Sequence record: OP778610
Length of the DNA: 64,000 nt
Strand: one strand, 5' to 3'
DNA from: Escherichia phage W70
The position numbers were made by a program, and so were the translations under genes. The notes under the pieces were generated by a model. That model made no database searches, was not told where the DNA came from, and was given only the letters and a program-made list of their open reading frames with translations. Shown in pieces: positions 55,225 to 63,900 of this stretch. Every line of letters begins with the position of its first letter. Within the stretch, counting starts at the first letter, position 1.

Positions 55225-56592
55225 TTAAACCTCCTCTGCAATTTTACGAAGAAGATCCAGAAGAGAGTTCGATGCTTCGATCACTTCTTCCAGGCTGTTG
55301 GCTACGCTCTTATCAAAGCGAAGTTCAACAAACTTATAATTTAAACGAGGCAAAAACAGAGATTTCAGATCTTTGTTCTCTGCATCAGTAATGTCATTAG
55401 CCTTGATCGTAATAATCTGCCCAATGAAATACTCACTCGGTTTTTTACGAAGAGCATCAGTAAGTCCAGACCCTGCACCAACTTCAAGAAGTCCATCACG
55501 AGTACGGCAGATCAGAGATCCAATAAGCCCAGGCTTCTTTTTGTGAGGCGTTGTCGCCACAACTTCAAGATCAACATCGAACTCATTTTTAAGTTTGATC
55601 CCTTTCTTAGTTTTGTTATCTCCCCAAGGCATATTCGCTTCTTTAAGAACCGTACCCTCTTTCTTCTGCAAACGCATTTCGATAAAGTGGTCAATAGCCT
55701 CTTTAAGACTGCCAATCTGACGACCACGGATCATCTGGAAATGAGAAGACTCATCAACATAGTTGACAATATTTTCAACCTGCTTACGACGGTCTTTATA
55801 TTTTTTCTTGGATTTACGTGCGATATACTCGTCCATAGAAACAACATCCCAAACAACCAAACGTACCAGATTAGGATCAATGTTTTCAGGATCTTGGTTA
55901 AGATATCCGTTACCGATCTCTCGTGGTTGAACCCCGTGCGGGTATGACAGGTCAATAACTAAACCTTCCCCGTGCATAACAAAAGGACCATCAGAATTGG
56001 CTTTTTCTTTCAGGTTTTGCTCAAGTGAAGGAATACACCGGAAATTAAGCTCTTTCCCTGATCGTGAACGATAAATGATCTGCTCAGGCCAAACCATAAT
56101 GTCTGCATAAAGTCCGTCCATCTTCTCGTCGGAGAAAGCACCCTCGTAGTTGAAATTACGAAGGAGATCCTCTTTGAAAAGGGTGTAGCTCTGGTAAGGA
56201 GGCTCTGTAACCAGATCCTTCCAAACCTTGTTGGTCAGAGTTGTCTGGATACCACACTCAAGATCGCGGTTAATGATCTTCAGCAGTGTTTCTGGTTCTT
56301 CGCACAGTTGAACAGCATTCGTGAGAACATCACGGGCTTCATGCCCAGTATACATACGACTTGCAACATCGTTGACGATAAGATCAATACTCTCTTGCAG
56401 ATTCCGATTCCCTTGGTGGAAAGTTGCAGGATCAACCTTAAAACTGCGAACAAAGAAGTTTAACTCTTTGCTGTATGCAACCCGAAATACTTCACGCAGG
56501 CCATCATTGTCCGCATGGCTACGTAAGATCGCTTCTTTTTCTTTTGTTGATCCGGTTGCTGCCAGTTGTTCGATAATCTTAGTTACGCTCAT
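55225..56592 (-). CDS. ATP-dependent DNA ligase (T4 gp30-like)
   Basis: KxDG motif EKMDGLYADI; N-terminus GSTKEKEAIL and RDLECG match recalled T4 ligase. Confidence 0.9.
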   Translation of the reverse strand: MSVTKIIEQLAATGSTKEKEAILRSHADNDGLREVFRVAYSKELNFFVRSFKVDPATFHQGNRNLQESIDLIVNDVASRMYTGHEARDVLTNAVQLCEEPETLLKIINRDLECGIQTTLTNKVWKDLVTEPPYQSYTLFKEDLLRNFNYEGAFSDEKMDGLYADIMVWPEQIIYRSRSGKELNFRCIPSLEQNLKEKANSDGPFVMHGEGLVIDLSYPHGVQPREIGNGYLNQDPENIDPNLVRLVVWDVVSMDEYIARKSKKKYKDRRKQVENIVNYVDESSHFQMIRGRQIGSLKEAIDHFIEMRLQKKEGTVLKEANMPWGDNKTKKGIKLKNEFDVDLEVVATTPHKKKPGLIGSLICRTRDGLLEVGAGSGLTDALRKKPSEYFIGQIITIKANDITDAENKDLKSLFLPRLNYKFVELRFDKSVANSLEEVIEASNSLLDLLRKIAEEV

Positions 56593-56601
56593 AGTTTCTC
56601 C

Positions 56602-56937
56602 TTAGTTTGCTTTGATTTCTAATGTGTATTTTGCCAGACCAAGATTAATCTTGTCAAGATCTTCTATTGATTTTTTAACCTCTTCAAAGACCTCTTTGGT
56701 TACATTCTTGCCATTAACAATATACTGTATCTCAGGGCTTCCCTCCTCCACAACTTCGAAATCATAGTCCTTAAAAAATACGATCACTCCGGCTGCACCA
56801 TTCTCGTCACTACCAGATAGCATGATTCCCTCTTCATTAGCAACTTCAAAAATTCGATCTTTGAAATCATATACCTTACCAACAACAAACTTAAGAGAGT
56901 TAAATTTAGTCTTGTAGCCTTTAAATCGGTATTTCAT
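56602..56937 (-). CDS. hypothetical protein (111 aa)
   Basis: ORF. Confidence 0.5.
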   Translation of the reverse strand: MKYRFKGYKTKFNSLKFVVGKVYDFKDRIFEVANEEGIMLSGSDENGAAGVIVFFKDYDFEVVEEGSPEIQYIVNGKNVTKEVFEEVKKSIEDLDKINLGLAKYTLEIKAN

Positions 56938-57155
56938 TTAGTCTCCTTTAGTTTTCCACAAAGAGCACCTTCAACATAATCAGGATTCTCTTTAAAGAAC
57001 TGATCATTCTTTTTAATGAAACCACCAATGTTCCGACGGAGAAATGCGAATGCTTTGATCCCTCGATACCAAGCATCAAAGCTTGATTTCTTCAGTTCCC
57101 CACCCATATAGACATTGGTGAAATAAAACGGATGAGTCTTCTTACTTATCCTCAT
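56934..57155 (-). CDS. hypothetical protein (73 aa)
   Basis: ORF. Confidence 0.45.
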   Translation of the reverse strand: MRISKKTHPFYFTNVYMGGELKKSSFDAWYRGIKAFAFLRRNIGGFIKKNDQFFKENPDYVEGALCGKLKETK

Positions 57156-57164
57156 TGTTTCCTC

Positions 57165-57518
57165 CTAAACAGAGAAAAGAACCTCTTCTTTCTCCACATG
57201 AAACTCAAAACCGTCCACAAGATTAGATTCTCGATCCTTACTTTCATGATAACTACACGTCCAACGGTAAACACCAGGACCAGAATCTGAATCAGGTGGA
57301 AGACCAATATACTCCGCTTCAGGACCCTCGTCAAGCAATGCAGGATGAATATTTGGTGCTTTAAGGACGGTTACCCGTCCACTGTAATCAACAGCCACAA
57401 TCCAAACACTTCCATTCGGAGATTCGAAAACTTCCTCTTTTGGATCTTCTTTGATAAGAGCTTTGTTTGGCTTTTTCAAGCAGGTTGCCAATCCAGAATC
57501 AATCCACTGGTTTGACAT
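57165..57518 (-). CDS. hypothetical protein
   Basis: Start uncertain; longest form overlaps the upstream gene. Confidence 0.35.
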   Translation of the reverse strand: MSNQWIDSGLATCLKKPNKALIKEDPKEEVFESPNGSVWIVAVDYSGRVTVLKAPNIHPALLDEGPEAEYIGLPPDSDSGPGVYRWTCSYHESKDRESNLVDGFEFHVEKEEVLFSV

Positions 57519-57537
57519 TCCTGCATTAAGCCATGTT

Positions 57538-57906
57538 TCAGACAGACTTTTTCTTTTTGACGGCACGTTTCTTCTCCTTAACCTGTTCAACAGGTTTTCT
57601 CTTAGGCTTAGGTTTTGGTTTGTACGGTTCCTCAGGCTTCTGGTAAAGCCCAAGAACAACTCTTTCTATTGCACTCATAGGTACGGTTGTCATCTTCCGT
57701 CTCTTAGCGTCAGGAAGCTGCAATTCCCAAATACCCAACCAATAAGACAGATCGTCGATACGATCCTGTACCCAAGGGTCCGGCTTCGGAATAGTTAGTA
57801 GTCTACTTAACTCTTCATTACATGTCAACAAACATTCTTCAAGTTTTTCAACTGGCGTATTAAAAACAAAGGCAGTCTTGTCAAAAGGCTTCTTCTCTGT
57901 CGTCAT
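57538..57906 (-). CDS. hypothetical protein with Lys/Pro-rich C-terminus (122 aa)
   Basis: KPKPKPKRKP tract. Confidence 0.5.
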   Translation of the reverse strand: MTTEKKPFDKTAFVFNTPVEKLEECLLTCNEELSRLLTIPKPDPWVQDRIDDLSYWLGIWELQLPDAKRRKMTTVPMSAIERVVLGLYQKPEEPYKPKPKPKRKPVEQVKEKKRAVKKKKSV

Positions 57907-57910
57907 AGCA

Positions 57911-58102
57911 TCACTCTTCAGTATCGTAAGTGTTATTCTTGATTGCTTCCAGTAATACGTCCAAAGGAACAGTGAATGACTCTACAGTGTCCATCCCACC
58001 AACCTTATAGCCGTGAACAATCTCACCACCTTCACGATTGCATACCAGAAGAGAATACCCACCAGCAATGTTCTCACTGATCTCGATATCAACAACTTTC
58101 AT
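57911..58102 (-). CDS. hypothetical protein (63 aa)
   Basis: ORF. Confidence 0.45.
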   Translation of the reverse strand: MKVVDIEISENIAGGYSLLVCNREGGEIVHGYKVGGMDTVESFTVPLDVLLEAIKNNTYDTEE

Positions 58103-58331
58103 CTTTAGTCTCCTTCTTGTTCTCTACCCAACCATAAGCCTTCATACACCCCTGGTAATTAGGCCACCTTTTATTTACAACGTTCTCAAGCCACTCAAGA
58201 TCCGTACTTACATGAATGTATTCACTATACAGTTCATCAAGAGTGTCAACAAGGTCAGGGCGATCTTTCAAATACTCTCGAACATCACTGATCCTTTTTC
58301 CAAGCTTACAGTTATCACATTCACAAGTCAT
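58089..58331 (-). CDS. hypothetical protein (80 aa)
   Basis: ORF. Confidence 0.45.
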   Translation of the reverse strand: MTCECDNCKLGKRISDVREYLKDRPDLVDTLDELYSEYIHVSTDLEWLENVVNKRWPNYQGCMKAYGWVENKKETKDESC

Positions 58332-58627
58332 CCCATATGCTCCAAAACAAGAAGGTGCTTATAACGATGATTATGTGCATAGACCAATAGGGCCATATCC
58401 ATCCAAGCAACCTCGTCAGCGTCACCAATCACAGAGAGGCATAAGTTGTCACAGTTCTGTCTTACTTTCGCCACAGTGAGTTCTACACCCCTTCCTTCTA
58501 GGATTTCTTCAAGATATTCAAACTGGTCATTCAGTTCCATAGACCACAAGTAGAATCGTGGCTTCTCCTGTGCACGAAAGATGTTTTCCAACTGCTCGCT
58601 TAATTCATCACTAAAGATCAATTTCAT
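58328..58627 (-). CDS. hypothetical protein (99 aa)
   Basis: ORF. Confidence 0.5.
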   Translation of the reverse strand: MKLIFSDELSEQLENIFRAQEKPRFYLWSMELNDQFEYLEEILEGRGVELTVAKVRQNCDNLCLSVIGDADEVAWMDMALLVYAHNHRYKHLLVLEHMG

Positions 58628-58767
58628 GATTTACTTTTCCTCTCTCCAATACCTTTGTTAAGATACTTAACCAAACTGATACCAAATGCTATCATGATCA
58701 GAAACCACACTGTACCAAACTCAACAATGTTCAATCCAAACGCAACAACATCGTTACACTCTTTCAT
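58624..58767 (-). CDS. hypothetical small membrane protein (47 aa)
   Basis: GGAGA RBS; one TM helix; ATGA overlap downstream; below ORF track cutoff. Confidence 0.4.
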   Translation of the reverse strand: MKECNDVVAFGLNIVEFGTVWFLIMIAFGISLVKYLNKGIGERKSKS

Positions 58768-59048
58768 CAGATCATCTCCAAAGTTATTAGTACATTATCC
58801 AAATCTTCAGCCACAAGCTGTAAGTCAGGTTTCATACTATCTTCCACACGATGATAAATCAAGCCTTTTTCCACATAAGGATTCATTACCCCGTAATAGT
58901 TCCCCAAAATGGTGTACCAGTCACATTCGTAAACAGTCACAACACATACTTTCAGTCCAGCTTTTGCTGAATGCCAAGCTTCTCTCATAGCTTGAAGGTG
59001 ACTTAGTTCATTTTCTGATAACTTTTTACATTTATTATTCAAAATCAT
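58767..59048 (-). CDS. hypothetical protein (93 aa), first gene of minus-strand block
   Basis: ORF next to divergent control region. Confidence 0.5.
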   Translation of the reverse strand: MILNNKCKKLSENELSHLQAMREAWHSAKAGLKVCVVTVYECDWYTILGNYYGVMNPYVEKGLIYHRVEDSMKPDLQLVAEDLDNVLITLEMI

Positions 59049-59139
59049 TATAAAAATAACCTGTTGTTTGTTAAAGTAAGAGCACTATACCTATGTAAAA
59101 ACTCCATGTCAAGACTTTAAATTTAAAAAATTTAGTATA

Positions 59140-59375
59140 AAATCTATAAAAGATCCTTTAAGATCTATAGATCATACATAAAAAGATCTTATAAAAGATC
59201 TTGTTTTTATTGTTTTTAATAATAATTATGAATGTAATGAATAATTATTATATAATTTATGAATGTAATGAATAAATTATAAAGATAAAGGGTTTGGCGA
59301 GAGGCTTCGAGCCAGGGAAATCTAATATAGTATTGTATGCCTAAACGGGCATAAAGGGTTTGACATGTTGGGATA
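59140..59375. repeat. AT-rich control region with GATC cluster and direct repeats
   Basis: Five GATC in about 50 bp (59152-59200); 19-bp TTATGAATGTAATGAATAA twice; ATAAAGGGTTTG twice. Confidence 0.6.
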
Positions 59376-59415
59376 GTCATGTAAGATAGCGAATGTAAGG
59401 TTAAGAGGAGGGACT

Positions 59416-59802
59416 ATGTTTGAGATAAACACCTCTGTTGGGAAGAAAACTTTTGAAGACGATGCATTCGCCATGCTTCCTCTTCGTTGGGTTACTGAAA
59501 TGTCCGGCGAGGATTTAAAGAGGATGATACTTTTGAGGTGGAGATTTTCATTCTTTGCGGAGTTTGCTTCTCGACAGGGCGAATCAGTGGAAACGTGTTT
59601 CTATGAATCACAGGTGGCATTGTGTGAGTTGTTTCAAATGTCACCGACCAGTCAAGCTAAGGTAAGTGCATTCCTTAAGAAGATGGAGACTGGTGGTTAC
59701 ATCAGGATTTACAGAGATAAGGTGATAATCAACGGGAAGTCGAAACCACGTCATTACATTGTGGTTAACGACCCAATACTTAAAGAGAAGTACGGATATT
59801 GA
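59416..59802 (+). CDS. hypothetical protein (128 aa)
   Basis: ORF with AGAGGAGGG RBS. Confidence 0.55.
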   Translation: MFEINTSVGKKTFEDDAFAMLPLRWVTEMSGEDLKRMILLRWRFSFFAEFASRQGESVETCFYESQVALCELFQMSPTSQAKVSAFLKKMETGGYIRIYRDKVIINGKSKPRHYIVVNDPILKEKYGY

Positions 59803-59813
59803 CGGAGGTAATC

Positions 59814-60044
59814 GTGAATCAGGTTTCAGAATGCCGTTTAAACGCAATAGGAAGCTCTCTCACGAAAGAAACAGATGAAGTTATGTCTTTTCTTGACTGG
59901 AGTGCAATGAACGCTCAAATCGTTTCTGAGAGAGTTTATGCCGATATGGCATCTCAGTTTATGATACCCTGTAAGGAGATTCAGGTTGAATCTAAGCTTG
60001 AAGAAGAAATATCTGGACTTCTTCAATCGTTTGAGTTACATTGA
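59814..60044 (+). CDS. hypothetical protein (76 aa)
   Basis: GTG start after GGAGG RBS. Confidence 0.45.
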   Translation: MNQVSECRLNAIGSSLTKETDEVMSFLDWSAMNAQIVSERVYADMASQFMIPCKEIQVESKLEEEISGLLQSFELH

Positions 60045-60102
60045 CTATCATTGGTTATGCCAGTAAAATGGAGGTATACTTTTATTTAACTGGTTAACTA
60101 AT

Positions 60103-60351
60103 ATGAAAAACTTTAAACTTGCACTGGAATACGGTGCTGCTGGATACGTAACGGAAGAGTATATCGATATCTTTGACAGCTATGACGAAGCCTTTGATGA
60201 AGGTAACGACATTGCCTTTGAGAGTACAGGCTTTTCTCTGGAGTGCTGGAAAAAGATTGACTTTGGAAAAGGAAATCGAATATACTTCTTCTACCCCAAC
60301 GAGGGTGATTTAACTTCTCGTTATAAAATGACTTTTATGGAGGCAAAATGA
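60103..60351 (+). CDS. hypothetical acidic protein (82 aa)
   Basis: ORF. Confidence 0.4.
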   Translation: MKNFKLALEYGAAGYVTEEYIDIFDSYDEAFDEGNDIAFESTGFSLECWKKIDFGKGNRIYFFYPNEGDLTSRYKMTFMEAK

Positions 60352-60572
60352 AATTTAGCATTACACTGAACTTTACCGTAGACAAGTCCAATGAAACTCT
60401 TGCCAAAGAGATGAAAGAAGCTGCTGAACGTCAAGGTATTACAGTTGAAGAAATCTACAAGACATTCCCACAGCAATTCCTTCAGGGTTTTGTAGAACAG
60501 TTCCCTAATGACGATTCTGAGTTCCCTGGGTTAACTACAGAAGTTACTGTTTCGGAGATCACCAATGACTAA
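60348..60572 (+). CDS. hypothetical protein (74 aa), tandem paralogue
   Basis: Similar to 60565..60783 (EEI[YF] motif). Confidence 0.45.
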   Translation: MKFSITLNFTVDKSNETLAKEMKEAAERQGITVEEIYKTFPQQFLQGFVEQFPNDDSEFPGLTTEVTVSEITND

Positions 60573-60783
60573 ACAGGTTGTAGAACTCAAGGTCACTTAT
60601 GAAATTGACTACACTAACGAAGATATGGCAGAGATGTTAAAGGCTAAGATGGAAAAATCTGGCTTGAGCATCGAAGAAATTTTCGAAGCTGTAGAAAAAG
60701 AACTTATCGAAGGAACTCTCGAATCTATGGAGTTAGAGTGCAAAACTCTACCTGGTTTCAGTGTCGGCGTTGTTAAACTGTAA
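60565..60783 (+). CDS. hypothetical protein (72 aa), tandem paralogue
   Basis: Similar to 60348..60572. Confidence 0.45.
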   Translation: MTKQVVELKVTYEIDYTNEDMAEMLKAKMEKSGLSIEEIFEAVEKELIEGTLESMELECKTLPGFSVGVVKL

Positions 60784-60891
60784 TAGGGGTAAGATACATG
60801 ATTGGATACGGAGAAGGTTGATGAAAGATGAATTTGATGGTTTCGTAGGATTCGGGGAGGGAATCATTAACGAGGAGAATTGGGATGTGTG

Positions 60892-61062
60892 ATGAAAGAC
60901 CAGACCTTTGAATCTCTAAGTTTCGATGACCCTCGTAATCATGAAAAACAAAAAGGTTACATGTGTCAGTGTTTTGTTTGTGGTTACAAATTTTTAGGGC
61001 CTAAGCGATCAGTGATGTGCAATCTTTGCCTTATTGGTAAAAAGACTGTTGACAATAGCTGA
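60892..61062 (+). CDS. hypothetical Cys-rich small protein
   Basis: CxCxxC..CxxC pattern; start uncertain. Confidence 0.35.
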   Translation: MKDQTFESLSFDDPRNHEKQKGYMCQCFVCGYKFLGPKRSVMCNLCLIGKKTVDNS

Positions 61063-61315
61063 TTAAATATGTAAGATTATCTTGTCGCCTGAGAGATTAG
61101 TCATCTTAATGGCTGGGTGGATAAATATAAGTTGGAACCATTATACCACCGACGCGATTTACGCTTTTGGTTGACTGTGACTAAATGGGATGCCCAGTCC
61201 ATCCTTCTTTAAAACGGGGAGCCGTCGAAGATTGTCTGATTAGTGATTTACGGATCATTATAGTTTTAATACCACGACAATCTTTTACGGTGTACCCCTT
61301 GTAAGAGAATTTAGC

Positions 61316-61394
61316 GCGGGTGTATCTCAACGGTCTTCTAAACCGTCGTTAATCGAGTAATTGGAGTATGAAGGTTCGAGTCCTTCCTCCCGCG
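61316..61394 (+). ncRNA. tRNA-like element (noncanonical; possible pseudo-tRNA or stable RNA)
   Basis: Canonical T-arm GAAGG-TTCGAGT-CCTTC and 7-bp acceptor-like helix with one mismatch; anticodon-like hairpin with loop CTTCTAA (TCT); no clean D-arm. Confidence 0.4.
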
Positions 61395-61413
61395 CTAAGT
61401 TCTTTTGAATATA

Positions 61414-61485
61414 GGCCCTGTAGCTGGACGGTTCAAGCAAGCGACTCATAATCGCCAGACGGTGGTTCGATTCCACCCAGGGCCA
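61414..61485 (+). tRNA. tRNA with anticodon CAT (Met or Ile2)
   Basis: Acceptor GGCCCTG/CAGGGCC, T-arm GGTGG-TTCGATT-CCACC, loop CTCATAA, CCA encoded. Confidence 0.8.
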
Positions 61486-61621
61486 CCATACAAAGTCGGG
61501 TAGCTCCCGATAAGTCGTCGGACTGATGTTCCCTGACTATGAGTTCTCTCAACGATAACGACGTAGATCACAGCAGAAACGGCGCACCCTATTATATTTC
61601 TTAATACATTTCAATAAGTTC

Positions 61622-61650
61622 TTGACATAATCCTATTATACTGCTAATAT
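61622..61650 (+). promoter_or_regulatory. sigma70-like promoter (TTGACA-17-TAATAT)
   Basis: Hexamers upstream of ORF 61678. Confidence 0.5.
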
Positions 61651-61677
61651 AGATATATCGACTGAATTGAGGTGTTT

Positions 61678-62052
61678 ATGGCTAAAGCTGAAATCGTTAC
61701 TCGAAAACGCGGTCGGCCTACTACAGAGGAAAGCATTGCAATCAATACTGAGAGAGCAATTCTTCATGCTCGTTCCGAGTTTGCAAGACTTACTCCTCAA
61801 GCAATTAAAACTCTGGAAGGTCTACTGACTTCCGGTACAGAGAAAGTTAAAGAAACTACTGCGAAGTATATTCTTGAGCAAGCTGAAAAGGCAAACAATC
61901 TGTACACAATGGAAGATAATGAAGAGGATCTGGCAGGAGGAACTACTTCTGCAAATTCAGAAACTCATCAAGGCCCTTCTGATGCATTTAAAGATGCTAT
62001 CCCATTAACTACTCAGATTCGTGAGTATAAAATGGCAGAAGGTGAAGATTAA
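61678..62052 (+). CDS. hypothetical protein with AT-hook-like KRGRP motif
   Basis: ATG after GAGGTG RBS; RKRGRPTT. Confidence 0.5.
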   Translation: MAKAEIVTRKRGRPTTEESIAINTERAILHARSEFARLTPQAIKTLEGLLTSGTEKVKETTAKYILEQAEKANNLYTMEDNEEDLAGGTTSANSETHQGPSDAFKDAIPLTTQIREYKMAEGED

Positions 62053-62075
62053 GGCTCGCAAGGGCCTTTATTAAG
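62052..62075 (+). terminator. terminator-like hairpin with GCAA tetraloop
   Basis: AGGCTC-GCAA-GGGCCT followed by T-rich tract. Confidence 0.45.
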
Positions 62076-62297
62076 AAGTTTTCTTTAAGGTAGTTCTTAC
62101 TTTAGCAGAGTAAATCTTCGGCAAGTGGCGGTAACCACTTTACCGATACCTCATAGTCAGTGCTGCAAACACTGGCTACCTTAAAGAGAATTTAACTCGT
62201 CGAATAAGGAAGATGCTGATCTCAAAGTGAGGTCACTTACCGCAAGGGGTGTGCATAGACTCCCGCTTCCGAATAGACTATGTGGCGAGATGTATTT

Positions 62298-62376
62298 GGG
62301 GACGTGGCAGAGCGGTCGAATGCGCCTGACTGTAAATCAGGTATCCCACACGGTGGTTCGAATCCATCCGGCCCCA
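62298..62376 (+). tRNA. tRNA-Tyr (anticodon GTA)
   Basis: AC arm CCTGA-CTGTAAA-TCAGG; T-arm GGTGG-TTCGAAT-CCATC; acceptor with one A-G mismatch; CCA encoded. Confidence 0.7.
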
Positions 62377-62382
62377 CCAAAT

Positions 62383-62455
62383 TTTCCGTTAGGCTTACAG
62401 GATAAGATTCCCACAACATATCGTTGTGATACTGGTTCGAATCCAGTACGGAAAC
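62383..62455 (+). ncRNA. tRNA-like element (noncanonical anticodon arm)
   Basis: Perfect acceptor TTTCCGT/ACGGAAA and T-arm ACTGG-TTCGAAT-CCAGT; internal hairpin CACAAC-ATATC-GTTGTG. Confidence 0.45.
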
Positions 62456-62582
62456 CAAATTAAGCCGTGATGTGATGTAATCACTGACCTCTTTGAAGGA
62501 TCATGGCATTTTATACAAAAACCTGAATAATTTAGGTTTTAATTCCTGGGGTTCGTAGCCCTATTACTAAGAGGACTTAACT

Positions 62583-62792
62583 ATGTTTACTATTAAAATT
62601 ATTGATATCGATGGAAATGAGACTGGTGTTTCAACAAGGCACTATAGATGGTACTCAAAAATGAATATTTTTGATCTGGAGGGTGGTGAATCTGTTTCTG
62701 TACCACCAAAAAGTCGTGCTTATGTAATGAATGACAAAGGAATAACCATCGGTAGATACACAAATACAGCGGATCAACGCGTTCTTAATTAA
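62583..62792 (+). CDS. hypothetical protein (69 aa) inside tRNA cluster
   Basis: ORF with AAGAGGA RBS. Confidence 0.5.
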   Translation: MFTIKIIDIDGNETGVSTRHYRWYSKMNIFDLEGGESVSVPPKSRAYVMNDKGITIGRYTNTADQRVLN

Positions 62793-62793
62793 A

Positions 62794-62865
<72 letters not shown>

Positions 62866-62966
62866 CCAAACCTCTATCCATCTGACGCGTTTATGGGGTT
62901 GACCTGATCACTCTTCTCCTAATCTCGTGTGAAGACACCATGATTGTTGGGATGGATAAACTTCTT

Positions 62967-63038
62967 TTGGGGATTAGCCAAGCGGTAAGGCATCGGATTT
63001 TGATTCCGACATTCACTGGTTCGATTCCAGTATCCCCA
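62967..63038 (+). tRNA. tRNA-Gln (anticodon TTG)
   Basis: Acceptor TGGGGAT/ATCCCCA (U1-A72); AC arm TCGGA-TTTTGAT-TCCGA; T-arm ACTGG-TTCGATT-CCAGT. Confidence 0.9.
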
Positions 63039-63046
63039 GCCAATTA

Positions 63047-63121
<75 letters not shown>

Positions 63122-63174
63122 CCAATTTACCCTCATATAATAACAATAATATAATCTCCTCTCCTTCGCCTCAG

Positions 63175-63200
63175 CCTCCCTCATTTGGGAGGCTTTTTTA
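63175..63200 (+). terminator. rho-independent terminator
   Basis: CCTCCC-TCATTT-GGGAGG hairpin plus TTTTTT. Confidence 0.7.
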
Positions 63201-63241
63201 TTTGTGCTTTCGGTGATAAAATATCCAAAAGGAGGATTTAT

Positions 63242-63601
63242 ATGTTACCCGCTAAAAAATATTTCATTTACGCAATGATCGGCGTTGCGTTATTTACGTC
63301 TGGAAAACTGTATCTCGGACACGTCGAGTCTGTGGGATATGACAAAGGCTACGATGCTGCAAACACGGCTTGGATAAAGAAAGCTACTGAGTACAAAGGA
63401 AAGCTTGACTCTACATTGGAAGAGAATAAGAGGTTGAATGAAGAACTTTCTTATGCAAATGCAAAACGGATCATCGCTGAGGAAAAATTACGTGATGAAG
63501 TAGAGGCAATGAGAATCGACTATGCAAAATCTAAAAAGGGACAAGAAATATTTATGGATGATGAGATAGTTGATATCTATAACAAATCACTGGGGGAATA
63601 A
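63242..63601 (+). CDS. putative i-spanin (Rz-like)
   Basis: AAAGGAGGA RBS; N-terminal TM helix then coiled-coil-like charged domain. Confidence 0.55.
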   Translation: MLPAKKYFIYAMIGVALFTSGKLYLGHVESVGYDKGYDAANTAWIKKATEYKGKLDSTLEENKRLNEELSYANAKRIIAEEKLRDEVEAMRIDYAKSKKGQEIFMDDEIVDIYNKSLGE

Positions 63602-63900
63602 TGAAGAAGATTATCGCCGGAATTATCCTTTGTTTTGGTCTTGTTGGTTGTCAGAGTAAAGAAATTTGTGGGCCTACTGAAGAAGTTAAGATAGAAAAGC
63701 TGATCGAAAAGCCGGATCTTGAACTTATGAAGAAAGAAGGTCCTAAGCTGGTTATGGAAAAACGCTCTGCAAAGACAACTGTTGCTGACGTTCTTAGTCA
63801 TAACAATCTTCGTGCTGCAAGAATAGAAAGGCGTGCTGAAGGATTACAGACCTACGTTTGTAATATTTTTAAAGAAAATCCACCAGAGTTCTGCAAATAA
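63601..63900 (+). CDS. putative o-spanin lipoprotein (Rz1-like)
   Basis: Signal peptide with lipobox LVGC; ATGA overlap with upstream gene. Confidence 0.55.
   Translation: MKKIIAGIILCFGLVGCQSKEICGPTEEVKIEKLIEKPDLELMKKEGPKLVMEKRSAKTTVADVLSHNNLRAARIERRAEGLQTYVCNIFKENPPEFCK

Noticed and set aside
61081-61310. Additional tRNA upstream of the first tRNA-like element
   Set aside because: No T-loop (GTTCRANYC) or acceptor pairing was found; the region contains only promoter-like sequence.
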